The notes: a model not told the origin generated them from the sequence alone. 64,000 nt of DNA from a candidate division WOR-3 bacterium (GCA_965648905.1 CBFGIT010000009.1:44090-108089); one strand, 5' to 3'; shown: positions 1 through 10,753, numbered from the stretch's first letter. Numbers and translations are program-made.

Positions 1-337
1 GCTCACGCAGTGCAGCCTCAATGGTCTCGACCTGCTGCTCGCGGCCGAAAGTGAACGACTCGACGTCCTGATGCGGCACGATGCCGAGCCGGAACGCCTC
101 AATCATCCGACGCGCCTGTATCCGGTCAATCGCGGCAAATCCGGGCTTGCCGCCCGAAGGCATCAGGTCGTCAATGCGCGCCAGCAGCCGAACCCGCTGG
201 GTTGGAAGCCAGAGCCGCAGCCCGGTCTGAAACTGAACCAACAGCTCGGTGCCGCGCCAGCGGGTATCGAGAATCTCGCCCTCGCCGAACACCGGATGGG
301 ATACGAGACGAGGACGGTGCTGGTCAGAACTCTTCAC
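1..337 (-). CDS. DUF2791/BrxD-like P-loop ATPase, N-terminal part (runs off window), with an N-terminal Tudor-like segment
   Basis: Manual translation from GTG at 337: MKSSDQHRPRLVSHPVFGEGEILDTRW...ARRMIEAFRLGIVPHQDVESFTFGREQQVETIEAAL. AFRLGIVP..GRE resembles the BrxD/DUF2791 N-terminus. The start overlaps the stop of the upstream ATPase. Not in the ORF track because it has no stop in the window. Confidence 0.7.
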   Translation of the reverse strand, partial: MKSSDQHRPRLVSHPVFGEGEILDTRWRGTELLVQFQTGLRLWLPTQRVRLLARIDDLMPSGGKPGFAAIDRIQARRMIEAFRLGIVPHQDVESFTFGREQQVETIEAALRE

Positions 338-1595
338 TCTCGACCTCGGCCTTCTGCGCCTGCTCCAGCTTCTGGGTCGTCACGCGCAGGAGCTTCTCTG
401 CCTCCTTGCGACCGAACTCGAGCGCAGGGTTGGCTCGGAGCTGATGCAGCGCCTCAACCGCGGCGACAACAAACAGGCGGCGATAGCCGACGTCGAACGC
501 GAAAGCCGAAACCGCAAGCTGGGCGAGCTCCCGGATGGCTGCCTCGCTCCGGGCCGGCACCAGGGTGACTTCATAAGCGGCCTGGAACAACTCGGTCAGT
601 CGGCTGCCCAGTTGTCTTAGCAGCTCGACCGGCTCGATACCAAGGTCTTCAAGGTTGATTCGCACGCCGACCGGGTTGGTTTCAGACAGGGCGCTGCGCA
701 GCCGCTGCTTCAGAGCTTCGTACACCCCGCTCGAACCCTCGAGCAGCAGATTCTCATCGGGGACGGCGTAAAAGAACATCGCACCGGGCAGGCGTGAGTT
801 GCCGCATTCGTCCACGAGTTGACGCAGATTGTCGAGTGCCCGACGCTTGTCGCGCGACGAGGCGATCGACATGCCGCGCTCAGCCTCATCGAAGAGCAGG
901 ACCAGCCCGGAATAGCCGATGCCGTGCACCCACTGAATCAGTGAACGAAGCATCCGGAACGCGGTCGCCTTGTCAATTCGCTCTGATATCCGATGCTGGG
1001 CGCGGATGTCCTTGGATACGTCCTCACCCTTCAACCACTGGCAGACCTCGCTGAATCCGGCTCCGTCCTCGGCCAAGAGGCACGAGAACGCGCCCCGCAC
1101 CGCGTTGACAAAGCTCGTGCTCTCGGTCGTCGGCAGAGTCTCAAGGTAGCGGTGCAGGTTCTCAACCCGGTCATGCCGGCCACGCTGTTCTGCGACCCAC
1201 TTCTTCACCAGTGACTCGATGCCCTTGTCCCAGACCGCGGACGGCTGGTCCGTGGCAACCGGCGCGGTGACATTGGCTGCAATGCCCTTGTACACGAGTT
1301 CGAGCTTGTCGAACGGGCATTCGGTCGGATTCAGGCTGACATAGGCCACGCAGTAGTTGTGCCGAAACGCCAGGTTGCGCACCGAGTAGAGGAAATGGGT
1401 CTTGCCGCCGCCATAGTTGCCGGTAATCAGCTTGAAGCTTGAGAGGTTCGACTTCAGGATGCCGTCAAGGTACTCCTCCTCGATGACCTTCAAGTAAGTG
1501 TCAAGCCCGACCGTGAACGCCTCGATGCCAAACTCGGGCGGAGTCCCGGTCGAACCCAGCTTGTTCACGATCGCCTTGGCAAGCTGCTTATCCAT
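324..1595 (-). CDS. DUF2791 family (BREX BrxD-like) P-loop ATPase
   Basis: Walker A GNYGGGKTH, Walker B LVLLFDEAE, ECPFDKLELVY and WLKGE motifs. Start MDKQ at 1595 overlaps the upstream stop. Confidence 0.8.
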   Translation of the reverse strand: MDKQLAKAIVNKLGSTGTPPEFGIEAFTVGLDTYLKVIEEEYLDGILKSNLSSFKLITGNYGGGKTHFLYSVRNLAFRHNYCVAYVSLNPTECPFDKLELVYKGIAANVTAPVATDQPSAVWDKGIESLVKKWVAEQRGRHDRVENLHRYLETLPTTESTSFVNAVRGAFSCLLAEDGAGFSEVCQWLKGEDVSKDIRAQHRISERIDKATAFRMLRSLIQWVHGIGYSGLVLLFDEAERGMSIASSRDKRRALDNLRQLVDECGNSRLPGAMFFYAVPDENLLLEGSSGVYEALKQRLRSALSETNPVGVRINLEDLGIEPVELLRQLGSRLTELFQAAYEVTLVPARSEAAIRELAQLAVSAFAFDVGYRRLFVVAAVEALHQLRANPALEFGRKEAEKLLRVTTQKLEQAQKAEVESEEF

Positions 1596-2472
1596 CGGTG
1601 CGGGTCGCGGCTGACTGCTGTTGGCTGACGGCTGACGTGAACGAAACGTATGAGTAATGCGTGCCTTCCCCTTCTTCGTTGTCCGGCACCCACAGCGCCC
1701 TTGCCTTCTCAGTGGTCGCGTCGAAATTCGCGACATGCAGCTTCATCCGGTCCTCACCGGTCTGGAAGTGCCCGGCCTGTCGCAGCCGGAACAGGTCAAA
1801 GCTGAATCGCACCCGGGGATACTCGACGAACTTGTCCTGCACCGGGTTGAGCCGAAAAGCCGGTGGCTGAATCAGCATCGTGATTTCAGCCAGCAGGTCA
1901 AGCAGAAAGACACGCGTACCCGGGACCAGGTTGTTGAATGCCACGACCCGCCGGTATGCCGAGTGCATCAGCTCGGCAAGCCGGGCCGGCTCGACCGACT
2001 TGTCCTTGAGCGCGTCCTGGTAAGCTCGGAGCGTACGCGCCAGTTCAGCCGGGACCAGCTTGAGTCCGGACTTCAGCTTCTCGACCTCCGGACCCCAGAA
2101 CACGGTTGCGGTCCCGGCATCGAAGTCAGTGCGCAGCGTGAAACACCCGATTCTGAGCATCGGCAACTGACCCCGAACCGTAAGCCCCGAACCGTCGAGA
2201 CCGGCCACGAGTTTCCGGCCGAACTCAAACCTGAACTCATCGCGGCTCTTCTCCACGGCTGCAGACTCTTCCTTCAGCCAATCCAGCACTCGGTTCCTTG
2301 CCTCGGACTCAGGGAACGCCTGCACCAGTCGACCGATCTCCTCCACGGCCTTGGCACGGACGCTGGCGTTACTGACCGGGTCGGAGAGCAGCGGACGATA
2401 GGCGCTGAGCCGCTTGACCAGCTTCTCGGCCTGGCGCGAGAGGCTCTCGAGCAATTCGACAAGCCCTTCCAT
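1588..2472 (-). CDS. hypothetical protein, first gene of the ATPase operon
   Basis: Long ORF; ATG at 2472 lies 8 nt after TTGACT-N16-TATACT; coupled to the downstream ATPase. Confidence 0.7.
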   Translation of the reverse strand: MEGLVELLESLSRQAEKLVKRLSAYRPLLSDPVSNASVRAKAVEEIGRLVQAFPESEARNRVLDWLKEESAAVEKSRDEFRFEFGRKLVAGLDGSGLTVRGQLPMLRIGCFTLRTDFDAGTATVFWGPEVEKLKSGLKLVPAELARTLRAYQDALKDKSVEPARLAELMHSAYRRVVAFNNLVPGTRVFLLDLLAEITMLIQPPAFRLNPVQDKFVEYPRVRFSFDLFRLRQAGHFQTGEDRMKLHVANFDATTEKARALWVPDNEEGEGTHYSYVSFTSAVSQQQSAATRTDG

Positions 2473-2615
2473 AATCAATGAGTATAAGCGTGAGGAGATA
2501 GAAGTCAATCAGGCTGGAACCGACCATGACCCGGCTCGGGTTCAGGCGCTACGAATGAACTAGGCAGGTACTGGTCTGCGAGCACCCGACCAAGCCGGGC
2601 CGGTGATGTGCGAAA

Positions 2616-3014
2616 CTACCGGTTCGGCGCAGAGGTCAGGGCGCGGTGGACTGCGGCCATCAGACACCGGCTGCTTCCGGTCGCACCGGTAACAACCTCC
2701 ACGTCCGGACTCTGGGCTGCGACGATGCGGGCCAGGACTTCTTTGGCTTCATAGCCGGGCCCGGCATGCTGGTCGAGCACCTCAACCGACGTGATGCGGC
2801 CGCCGGCGACCGACACTCTCACCTTGGCCGATACCAGAAAATCGCCGAACATTCCGGTGTATGTTCCATCGGCGAGCTTCGACACATCAACGCCCGCCTT
2901 GGGCGCACTGAGCATGACTCTCCGCATTCGGTTGAATCTCACGACGAACCATCCGGCAAAGCCGAGGACGATAACGATAAGCACCAACAGGACAACAAGC
3001 AGTCTCTTCTTCAC
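2616..3014 (-). CDS. FMN-binding domain protein, membrane anchored
   Basis: N-terminal TM; DGTYTG...VRVSVAGGRITSVEVL and DVEVVTGATGSS flavinylation-type motif. Confidence 0.85.
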   Translation of the reverse strand: MKKRLLVVLLVLIVIVLGFAGWFVVRFNRMRRVMLSAPKAGVDVSKLADGTYTGMFGDFLVSAKVRVSVAGGRITSVEVLDQHAGPGYEAKEVLARIVAAQSPDVEVVTGATGSSRCLMAAVHRALTSAPNR

Positions 3015-3113
3015 GACGCAGTCTATCGAGTGCCAGGACGTGGGTCAAGCCGACGGTGTTCGTGACCTGGTACTGACTGGTGGAACCGTTCGAGGAGAAA
3101 CCAGCCGGTCGGG

Positions 3114-4271
3114 CTACACCAGCCTGATACGGTGTCGCGCCAGTGCTCGGCCTTTCCAAGTAGTCTGGCCCAAGACCGTCAGCACGATTGAGCGCAGGCC
3201 AATGTAGGCGCATACAAGAATCGTCAACGGATAGAGCAGGGCCAGGCGTCTGGGCAGGCTGTACTTGAGTGCAAGAAGCAGCCAGAGCAGCCCGGCAAGG
3301 AGCACAGTCGCAATCGCGGCTGCGAATTGACCATCGTACTGTGCCAGCGCGATACTTGCGCCAACTGCCAAGAGCGGGTGCCAGGTGATTAGCAGCATCC
3401 AGAACCAGACAAACAAGGCGGGCAAGAGCCGGTACCCGAACAAGGCAAAGAAGTTCTTGCTGAACCCCTCGATTGCCTCGCTGAAACCAGAGTACATTCG
3501 TGCCGACACCTCGCCCGACGCGTCGAGCAGACGCCAGCGCAGGCCGTGCCGCTTTACCCGGCGGCACAGGGCCAGGTCTTCGGTCGCGTCGTCCCGCACC
3601 GCAGCGTGGCCGCCGATGTGGTCGTAGGCCGCGCGCCGGAAGAGCATGAACTTGCCGTTGGCCGCAGAAAGAAAGCTCGACCTACGCAGTAGATAGGCAA
3701 TGCCGAGCGGCAGGATGGTGCCGATGCTCCAGACCAGGAACGGAACCGTCATTTGTTCGCCCAGTGTGAGCACCTGGTTACGCGTGACCGCGGTGAGGAA
3801 ATCGGCCCGGGTGGCTCCAAACGCGTCTACGGCATGCCGCAGGGCTTCAGGGGAGAACACCGTATCTGCGTCGGTGAAGAGCAGTAGCTCGCCGGTCGCG
3901 GCATCGGCAAGCTGCTGGCAGGCCCAGCTCTTGCCGACCCATCCTTCGGGCAGGGGCTGGCCCGAAAGCACACGCAGGCGTGCGTCAGCCATGCGAGTGA
4001 GAATCGCAGCAGTGTTGTCGGTCGAGCCATCATCGAGCACAAGCAGTTCGAAGTTTTCGTAGTCCTGCGCCAAGAGCGAGGAGATACAGGCTTCGATATG
4101 CTCTGCCTCGTTTCGTACTGGCACCAGTACTGAGACGCGGGGATGGTATTGCGATGGGCCAAAGGCGGAGAGCCGTTTCATCAGCAGCGCATTGGTCACT
4201 GCTATTACGGCCTGCACCCCGACAAAGATAAGGACGCGGTAGGAGTCAATGAACACAGTCCAGCCGTTCAC
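3114..4271 (-). CDS. GT2 glycosyltransferase (CrtQ/HpnB/CruC-like)
   Basis: VSVLVPVRNE, DDGSTD, GWVGKSWACQQL, FTDAD, TEDLAL motifs; C-terminal TMs. Confidence 0.85.
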   Translation of the reverse strand: MNGWTVFIDSYRVLIFVGVQAVIAVTNALLMKRLSAFGPSQYHPRVSVLVPVRNEAEHIEACISSLLAQDYENFELLVLDDGSTDNTAAILTRMADARLRVLSGQPLPEGWVGKSWACQQLADAATGELLLFTDADTVFSPEALRHAVDAFGATRADFLTAVTRNQVLTLGEQMTVPFLVWSIGTILPLGIAYLLRRSSFLSAANGKFMLFRRAAYDHIGGHAAVRDDATEDLALCRRVKRHGLRWRLLDASGEVSARMYSGFSEAIEGFSKNFFALFGYRLLPALFVWFWMLLITWHPLLAVGASIALAQYDGQFAAAIATVLLAGLLWLLLALKYSLPRRLALLYPLTILVCAYIGLRSIVLTVLGQTTWKGRALARHRIRLV

Positions 4272-4272
4272 G

Positions 4273-4836
4273 CTAGCGGGGCCTCAGTTTCCGACCATGG
4301 GTCCAGGCGAGCACGAGGATATTGAGCAGGCACAGGACAACGGCCGGCGACTGGCGCAGCCGCAGCACGACATAAGCGAACAGCGCTGTCATTCCGAGAA
4401 TCACGACCCAGGCGTCGTTTCTGATACGCAGCAGGAACTTCCCGACCAAGAATGCCGCACCGAGCAGGCAGGGCGCTTCCCAGAGCGTGATACCAGACCA
4501 TACGCCAAAGGTCACGGCAATCGCCTTGCCCCCACGGAACTCAAGGAACGGTGAGAAGGCATGACCCAGCACCGGTGCAATGGCAACCGGTACCAAGGCC
4601 CAACTGCTGACTTGGAGAAACCAGACCGCACAGGCGACCGGGACCGCACCTTTGAGAAAGTCGAACAGGAGCGCCGGGATGCCGATTGCTGGTCCGGCTG
4701 CCTTGAACGCGTTGACTGCACCGGGATTGCCGTCACCAACCTGCTGTATGTCCTTGCCGGCCAGGCGCGCAAGCCAGCAGGAGAACGGCAGTGCGCCGGA
4801 AACAAAGGACACGAGAGTCAGGCCAGCCACGGTCAT
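4273..4836 (-). CDS. PlsY-family acyltransferase
   Basis: GDGNPGAVN, DFLKG, GHAFSPFLEFRGGKAIA motifs. Confidence 0.85.
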   Translation of the reverse strand: MTVAGLTLVSFVSGALPFSCWLARLAGKDIQQVGDGNPGAVNAFKAAGPAIGIPALLFDFLKGAVPVACAVWFLQVSSWALVPVAIAPVLGHAFSPFLEFRGGKAIAVTFGVWSGITLWEAPCLLGAAFLVGKFLLRIRNDAWVVILGMTALFAYVVLRLRQSPAVVLCLLNILVLAWTHGRKLRPR

Positions 4837-5570
4837 GGTGGCAGCACAATCCTCTCTCGAAAAAGGGAATCGTCAAACCCGGAGTTCAACCTGTAGTTGG
4901 AGTACCGGTCTTCGATTTCGATGTGACGGTCGAGCATAGTGAGGATGACCTTGAACCTCAGGTCCAGCATCATCCTGAATCGCACCGGCAGCCAGACGTT
5001 CTGCACACGTTCGTAGTCCAGGGTCATGCCAATGTCGCGGACAACAAAGGGCACCCGGGCCGGTGCGAACTGCATGCCGACAATGTCGAAGCTGTCCTTG
5101 AGCACAAGCGCCCGGCCGCGCACATGGCGGCTGGACTTCTGCCGCGGCTCAAAACCCAGTACCCAAACCGGCATGTCGGGAAACGAGTCGGTTCCCAGAA
5201 GAGAGTACCGATACTCGTCCTTGGTCTCAAGCATCAGGGGCATCCGTGTGTTGCCTGCCACCAGTCCCTTTGACCTGAGATCGTTCACCTCGCGCTCCAG
5301 TTGCCGGCCGAGAAGCTTGTGTCCATCAACTTTCACAGAAAGAATGTCGTGGCGCTGCCGTTCATAGCCTTTCATCGAGACGCGACGGAGGCAGTTCACC
5401 TGCCGCGAGCGGCCCTGCCGCAGGTCGGTCTCAGTGTAGCGGTAGTCAGCGTTATAGCTTATATCCCGGATGCGCTCGCTGAGCACCTGCTGACGGCAAG
5501 ACACGGCCTGGCTGACCGATTCAGCAGTGACCGGCAACTGACCGCGGACCGCGCCGGCTAATAGCAACAT
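4833..5570 (-). CDS. secreted hypothetical protein (beta-rich, LolA-like possible)
   Basis: 245-aa ORF with signal-like start; ATGA overlap with the plsY-like gene; WLPVRF...YSNY tail. Confidence 0.6.
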   Translation of the reverse strand: MLLLAGAVRGQLPVTAESVSQAVSCRQQVLSERIRDISYNADYRYTETDLRQGRSRQVNCLRRVSMKGYERQRHDILSVKVDGHKLLGRQLEREVNDLRSKGLVAGNTRMPLMLETKDEYRYSLLGTDSFPDMPVWVLGFEPRQKSSRHVRGRALVLKDSFDIVGMQFAPARVPFVVRDIGMTLDYERVQNVWLPVRFRMMLDLRFKVILTMLDRHIEIEDRYSNYRLNSGFDDSLFRERIVLPP

Positions 5571-5664
5571 GCTGAGCAGTCTGCGTGGTGTGTAGAACGT
5601 ACTCCACTATGCACCAGGAAACTCCAGATGTCAACTGGGCCGTGATAGATGACGCAGAAGACGT

Positions 5665-6050
5665 CATGATAGTAATTACTATCATGGGCGATGTGGGACG
5701 GCAGCGTGCTAACTAACAATCAGTCAGTAAGTTATGCGGCTGGGACTTCGTCTACCTCCCCGGTCTCCCAAGCCGTATTGTCAGCCATGTTTCAATGAGC
5801 ATGTGGCAGAGTGTTGCCCGGCGTAGCTCTGCATCTCTGTTGCGTGGCCGCACCTCAGGTCTAACCCTGAGCAGTGCCGCACGTAGTTTCACACGCAGCA
5901 GCTCCAGCCCAAACTAGAGCAGAAGCCTATGCTGTTCTGCCCGCAGTTGGGCGTGCACTCAGGTGTCCGTCTGCGTTGGCGGCAAACACGGCTGTTGTGG
6001 CGGTGCTGGTTGCGGCAAGGGCTGTCGCGATGTCGGCAGCGAAGGTCATG
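5665..6050 (+). repeat. Periodic intergenic element copy 1: 22-bp palindrome leader plus 24 x 12-nt array
   Basis: CATGATAGTAATTACTATCATG (5665-5686). Units at 5763+12n start with G in 21/24 and have a pyrimidine second in 24/24. Confidence 0.8.
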
Positions 6051-6074
6051 CGAAGTGACAGCAGCCGCACGCGC

Positions 6075-6102
6075 TTGACTCACCTTGCTCGATTCCTATA
6101 CT
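6075..6102 (+). promoter_or_regulatory. sigma70-like promoter of accD, leaderless
   Basis: TTGACT-N16-TATACT, GTG start 6 nt downstream. Confidence 0.65.
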
Positions 6103-6108
6103 AGCTCC

Positions 6109-6927
6109 GTGCCTGCTCCCACTCGGCCGGTTGGCTCGTCCCAGACGCCGGACGGCATGTGGCTGCGCTGCAACGGCTGCGGCGAGATTCTTTATCGCAA
6201 GACCCTCGAGTCGAACTCGTTTGTCTGTAACCGCTGTAACTACCACTTCCGAATCACGCCCGAGCGCTACATCAAGATACTGCTCGACAACGGCCAGTTG
6301 GGCGAGCTTGACTCTGACCTCGCGCCGGCTGACCCGCTTGGTTTCCCGGACTATCCCAAGAAGCTGAAAGAGGCCCGGGAGAAACTCGGCCGTCCAGACG
6401 GGTTTGTCTACGGCCGCGGTACGATTGGCGGCTGTCCGGTCGTTTTCGGTGCGATGGACTTCAACTTTATCGGCGGCAGCATGGGCTCGGTCGTGGGCGA
6501 GAAGGTGGCGCGCGCCATCCGCCTGGCCCGCACCGAGCGAAGGCCTCTGGTGATTGTCGCCACCTCGGGCGGTGCCCGCATGCACGAAGGTATCTTCTCA
6601 CTCATGCAGATGGCCAAGACCTCAGCCGAGCTCGGCCTATTGCGCCAGGCCCGGGTTCCTTTTATCTCTTTGCCGGTTGACCCGTGTACCGGCGGCGTAT
6701 CGGCATCGTTTGCCATGCTCGGGGATATCAACATATCAGAACCGGGCGCACTCATCGGCTTTGCCGGACGCAGGACCATCGAGGGCACGATCGGCGAGAA
6801 GCTGCCTGAGGGGTTCCAGACCGCGGAGTTCTGCCTGAAGCACGGTGTGCTCGACCTGGTTGTCCACCGGCGCGACCTGCGCGACGCGATTATCAGGCTG
6901 CTCGCGCTGCTCTGGCCCTGGTCCTGA
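6109..6927 (+). CDS. accD: acetyl-CoA carboxylase carboxyltransferase beta subunit
   Basis: W-x-x-CxxC...CxxC zinc finger; FIGGSMGSVVGEK; SGGARMHEG; GGVSASFAMLGD; GFAG; FQTAEF. Confidence 0.93.
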   Translation: MPAPTRPVGSSQTPDGMWLRCNGCGEILYRKTLESNSFVCNRCNYHFRITPERYIKILLDNGQLGELDSDLAPADPLGFPDYPKKLKEAREKLGRPDGFVYGRGTIGGCPVVFGAMDFNFIGGSMGSVVGEKVARAIRLARTERRPLVIVATSGGARMHEGIFSLMQMAKTSAELGLLRQARVPFISLPVDPCTGGVSASFAMLGDINISEPGALIGFAGRRTIEGTIGEKLPEGFQTAEFCLKHGVLDLVVHRRDLRDAIIRLLALLWPWS

Positions 6928-6939
6928 CCGCATCCTGCC

Positions 6940-8007
<1,068 letters not shown>

Positions 8008-8294
8008 GCGTGCCGAAGAACGCCAGCCCGCGGCCTCAGCCGAAGTTCTACCTGTAGTGAACGACCAGCCCCGCAATATCATCCTGACCGGGCAGAATTC
8101 CCTGCGTGCCGACGCCGCGAATTCGCTGGTTGCCCGGCCGGGCCGGTGTCTGTGCGTGTCGGCTGAAGACTTCGAAACCTGTCAGCGTCTGCTCAGCGCC
8201 TTCGAGCGGCTGGCCGAAGCCCAACGACCACAGCCGCGGCCGAGGCGGACCGGCCGCGTCATCCGGGTGAGAGCCGACGAGCGGCCAGCCTAGC

Positions 8295-8681
8295 ATGGAA
8301 GAACGCGTCATTCAAGTATTCTGCGACATCTGCTCGCGCGGCGTGCTGGTCTGGCGCGAGTCGATGTACAAGTGCCCGGACTGCGGCAAGCAGGTCTGTT
8401 CGACCTGCTTTGACAGCGCTCATCGTCAGTGCATGGACTGCAGCCGCCCGAAGCGCGAGGCCGAGGAACTGAATCGCATCCTGGTTCGTCAGGCTGCTGA
8501 AGAGCAGGAACGGGAAGCAGAGCGAATTCGTCGGGCCAATCGGCTCTGGATCGGCATCCTATCGGTTGTTGCCCTGGTTGCGGCCGCCAGTATCGTCACT
8601 TACTTCCTGCTGACCAGCAACTTTCGCCTGAGCGTGCCCGATATCGTGCCGAAGAAGTCGGCTGAGGTCGAGGCCCCCTAG
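8295..8681 (+). CDS. zinc-finger membrane protein, hypothetical
   Basis: CDIC, CPDC, CSTC, CMDC motifs, a coiled-coil segment and a C-terminal TM. Confidence 0.65.
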   Translation: MEERVIQVFCDICSRGVLVWRESMYKCPDCGKQVCSTCFDSAHRQCMDCSRPKREAEELNRILVRQAAEEQEREAERIRRANRLWIGILSVVALVAAASIVTYFLLTSNFRLSVPDIVPKKSAEVEAP

Positions 8682-9169
8682 GACCCGAAACCCGCGCGCC
8701 CGCCGACCCGGACAAGAAACGTCAGGTACGAGCCGAACGCGGTCATCAGCACCTGTATTGCCGGGCCGGTGAACACCATGAGCATGAGCCAGCCCACCAG
8801 GCTCCAGCGGGTATCGTAGAGATTGAGCGGCAGGCCCAGGCTGCCTGGATTGACGCGCGGATTGAGTAGAATCGGCACGAGCCTAGCCCAGATTATGGCC
8901 ATCAGGACCATGGTCACAGCCGAGGTCAGGAACGCATAGCGCAGCGCCCGTTTCATTGCGCCCTGGACACTGGGAGCAAAGAACTCGGCCCGGCGGGCAG
9001 AAAACCACCCAACCCCGAACCCGAACACGATGCAGAAGACCGGTGTGCCCAACCCGAGCCCGGCAAGCAGCAGGTCCATAACGATGTAGGCAATGAACGC
9101 ACCGGCCCAGTGCTGGCCGAACGTCTTTGCCAAGCTGACCGTGGGCGGGTACGGACGTATCATCCGCAT
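8678..9169 (-). CDS. hypothetical membrane protein
   Basis: About four hydrophobic segments; TTGCGC-N17-TAGTAT upstream. Confidence 0.65.
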   Translation of the reverse strand: MRMIRPYPPTVSLAKTFGQHWAGAFIAYIVMDLLLAGLGLGTPVFCIVFGFGVGWFSARRAEFFAPSVQGAMKRALRYAFLTSAVTMVLMAIIWARLVPILLNPRVNPGSLGLPLNLYDTRWSLVGWLMLMVFTGPAIQVLMTAFGSYLTFLVRVGGRAGFGS

Positions 9170-9265
9170 ACCCAGATACTAGCCGGGCCAGCCCGGCTGC
9201 GCAACAAACTCCTGACCTGGTGCCGGTCCGGTCGAATCGCGCGCGAAGACTAGAAGGGCGACTGA

Positions 9266-10579
9266 CTAATGCGCTACGACCACCTTCTGTTTAAGCACAC
9301 CTTCTTTGGTCTGGGCACGCAGGACGTACGTCCCGGCTGCCAGACCGGCCAGTCTTACCTCACCGGAAACCAGGCCACTCCACACGGTCTTGCCCAGAAC
9401 ATCGAATACTTCCACCCGTGCCTCGTTGCTGCCCGAGAGCCGGACACGGAACGTGCCGCGGTTCAGGCTGGGCGCGACCGCGAGCTGCGCTGACCGGACC
9501 TTCTGTTCGGCGACTCCGACCGGACTGAGATAGTACTCGCTGACCCGCAGGCAATTGGTGTCAGAATTCTGGCGACCGCCAAACACCCAGATGCCAGGCA
9601 CGCCTGTACCGCCAGCCTCAGCCGGAATGTAGACGCCGGCGTGGTTGCGCCGCCGCTGGTTCAGTTGTGGGAACTGGGCCCACGAGTCGCGTGCCACGTC
9701 GTAGATGTAGCAGTGGGCCGACTCACTCGACCAGGTTCCCCGGCCCGCGATGATCACCTTGCCGGCGAACTCGCCCGGGTAGTCGCTGTCAAACCCAAAC
9801 CCGCGCGACTCGCCGTTCGCCCCAGGCATACTGGCAACCGTGGTCCAGCCTGCGGCAGTATCCGCCAGGTTCAGGCGGAAACACTGGGCCTTGGCGGTAA
9901 GGGCGCTCGCCGAATATGTGTCGCCACCGCAGGCAAACAGGAACGAATCAACGATAGCAAGGATGGGATAGGCACGAGCCAGCGGCATGTCCGCCAGTCT
10001 GGACCAGCGTGAGCCGGCTGGAGCCAGTGGGTCAAAGCTCCAGACTTCCCGGGTCGTGACGCTTGAGACCTGGCTGAATCCGCCCATTGCGAATATCAGG
10101 TTCCGGAAAACGATTGAGGACTGCGCCACGGTAATCTGACCGCCAGAGCGGCCGGGAAACGGGTCGGTCGGCAGCGTTATCGCAGTATTGCTTATCGGAT
10201 AGTAGACCTGAAGCGAGTCGGTGTAGTTAGGCGATATGTCGTACCGGCCGCCAACGACGTAGAGCCCGAATGTATCGCCGACCGGCAGGTTGTGGTCGTC
10301 CTCAAGCAGACAGACATCGTAGTTAGACACGGCCCGAGCCATCGTAACGCCGACGTCGGCATACGTGCCGGTCGCGGGCGTGTAGCTGTAGATGTTGCCG
10401 AGGGTTGTTGAATTACCGATGCGGCCGCCGAGGAAATAGACCTTGGCGGTCGGTGGAAAGTACTCCCCGTCAAAACGGGTGTAGCCGAACGGGGACTGGG
10501 GACCGGTCACCCATGCCTGTCCGGCCGCGATGCCGACCAGCAAGAAAATGCTGGCCAGCGCGAACACGGTGCTGCGCAC
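9266..10579 (-). CDS. secreted kelch-repeat protein with T9SS-like C-terminal domain
   Basis: AAGGAGG RBS and GTG start; signal peptide; repeated YxxGG/W kelch blades; VFDVLGK...GTYVL tail. Confidence 0.8.
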   Translation of the reverse strand: MRSTVFALASIFLLVGIAAGQAWVTGPQSPFGYTRFDGEYFPPTAKVYFLGGRIGNSTTLGNIYSYTPATGTYADVGVTMARAVSNYDVCLLEDDHNLPVGDTFGLYVVGGRYDISPNYTDSLQVYYPISNTAITLPTDPFPGRSGGQITVAQSSIVFRNLIFAMGGFSQVSSVTTREVWSFDPLAPAGSRWSRLADMPLARAYPILAIVDSFLFACGGDTYSASALTAKAQCFRLNLADTAAGWTTVASMPGANGESRGFGFDSDYPGEFAGKVIIAGRGTWSSESAHCYIYDVARDSWAQFPQLNQRRRNHAGVYIPAEAGGTGVPGIWVFGGRQNSDTNCLRVSEYYLSPVGVAEQKVRSAQLAVAPSLNRGTFRVRLSGSNEARVEVFDVLGKTVWSGLVSGEVRLAGLAAGTYVLRAQTKEGVLKQKVVVAH

Positions 10580-10753
10580 GTCATCCTCCTTGGTTGTTTC
10601 TGCCCGCACAGTACAGTTCGCGGGCCGGCGCGGTTGACCAAGAGTCGGGCCCGAGAAAGCCCTGTGCGCGGCATCTAGTTCTACCCGGCGCAGGCCAGTT
10701 TGTCAAGCCAAAAAAAGTACGACCCGGACGTGCGGGTCTTACGAACGGTCTAT

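Noticed and set aside
5763..6050. CRISPR interpretation of the periodic arrays
   Set aside because: No 23-47-bp conserved repeat and no cas genes; only about 2 nt per unit are conserved.
5874..6104. Small Ala/Val-periodic ORFs over the arrays (also 27457-27654 and 41865-42164)
   Set aside because: No RBS or recognisable family, in-register stops in copies 1 and 3, and no protein similarity between copies; treated as by-products of the DNA periodicity.
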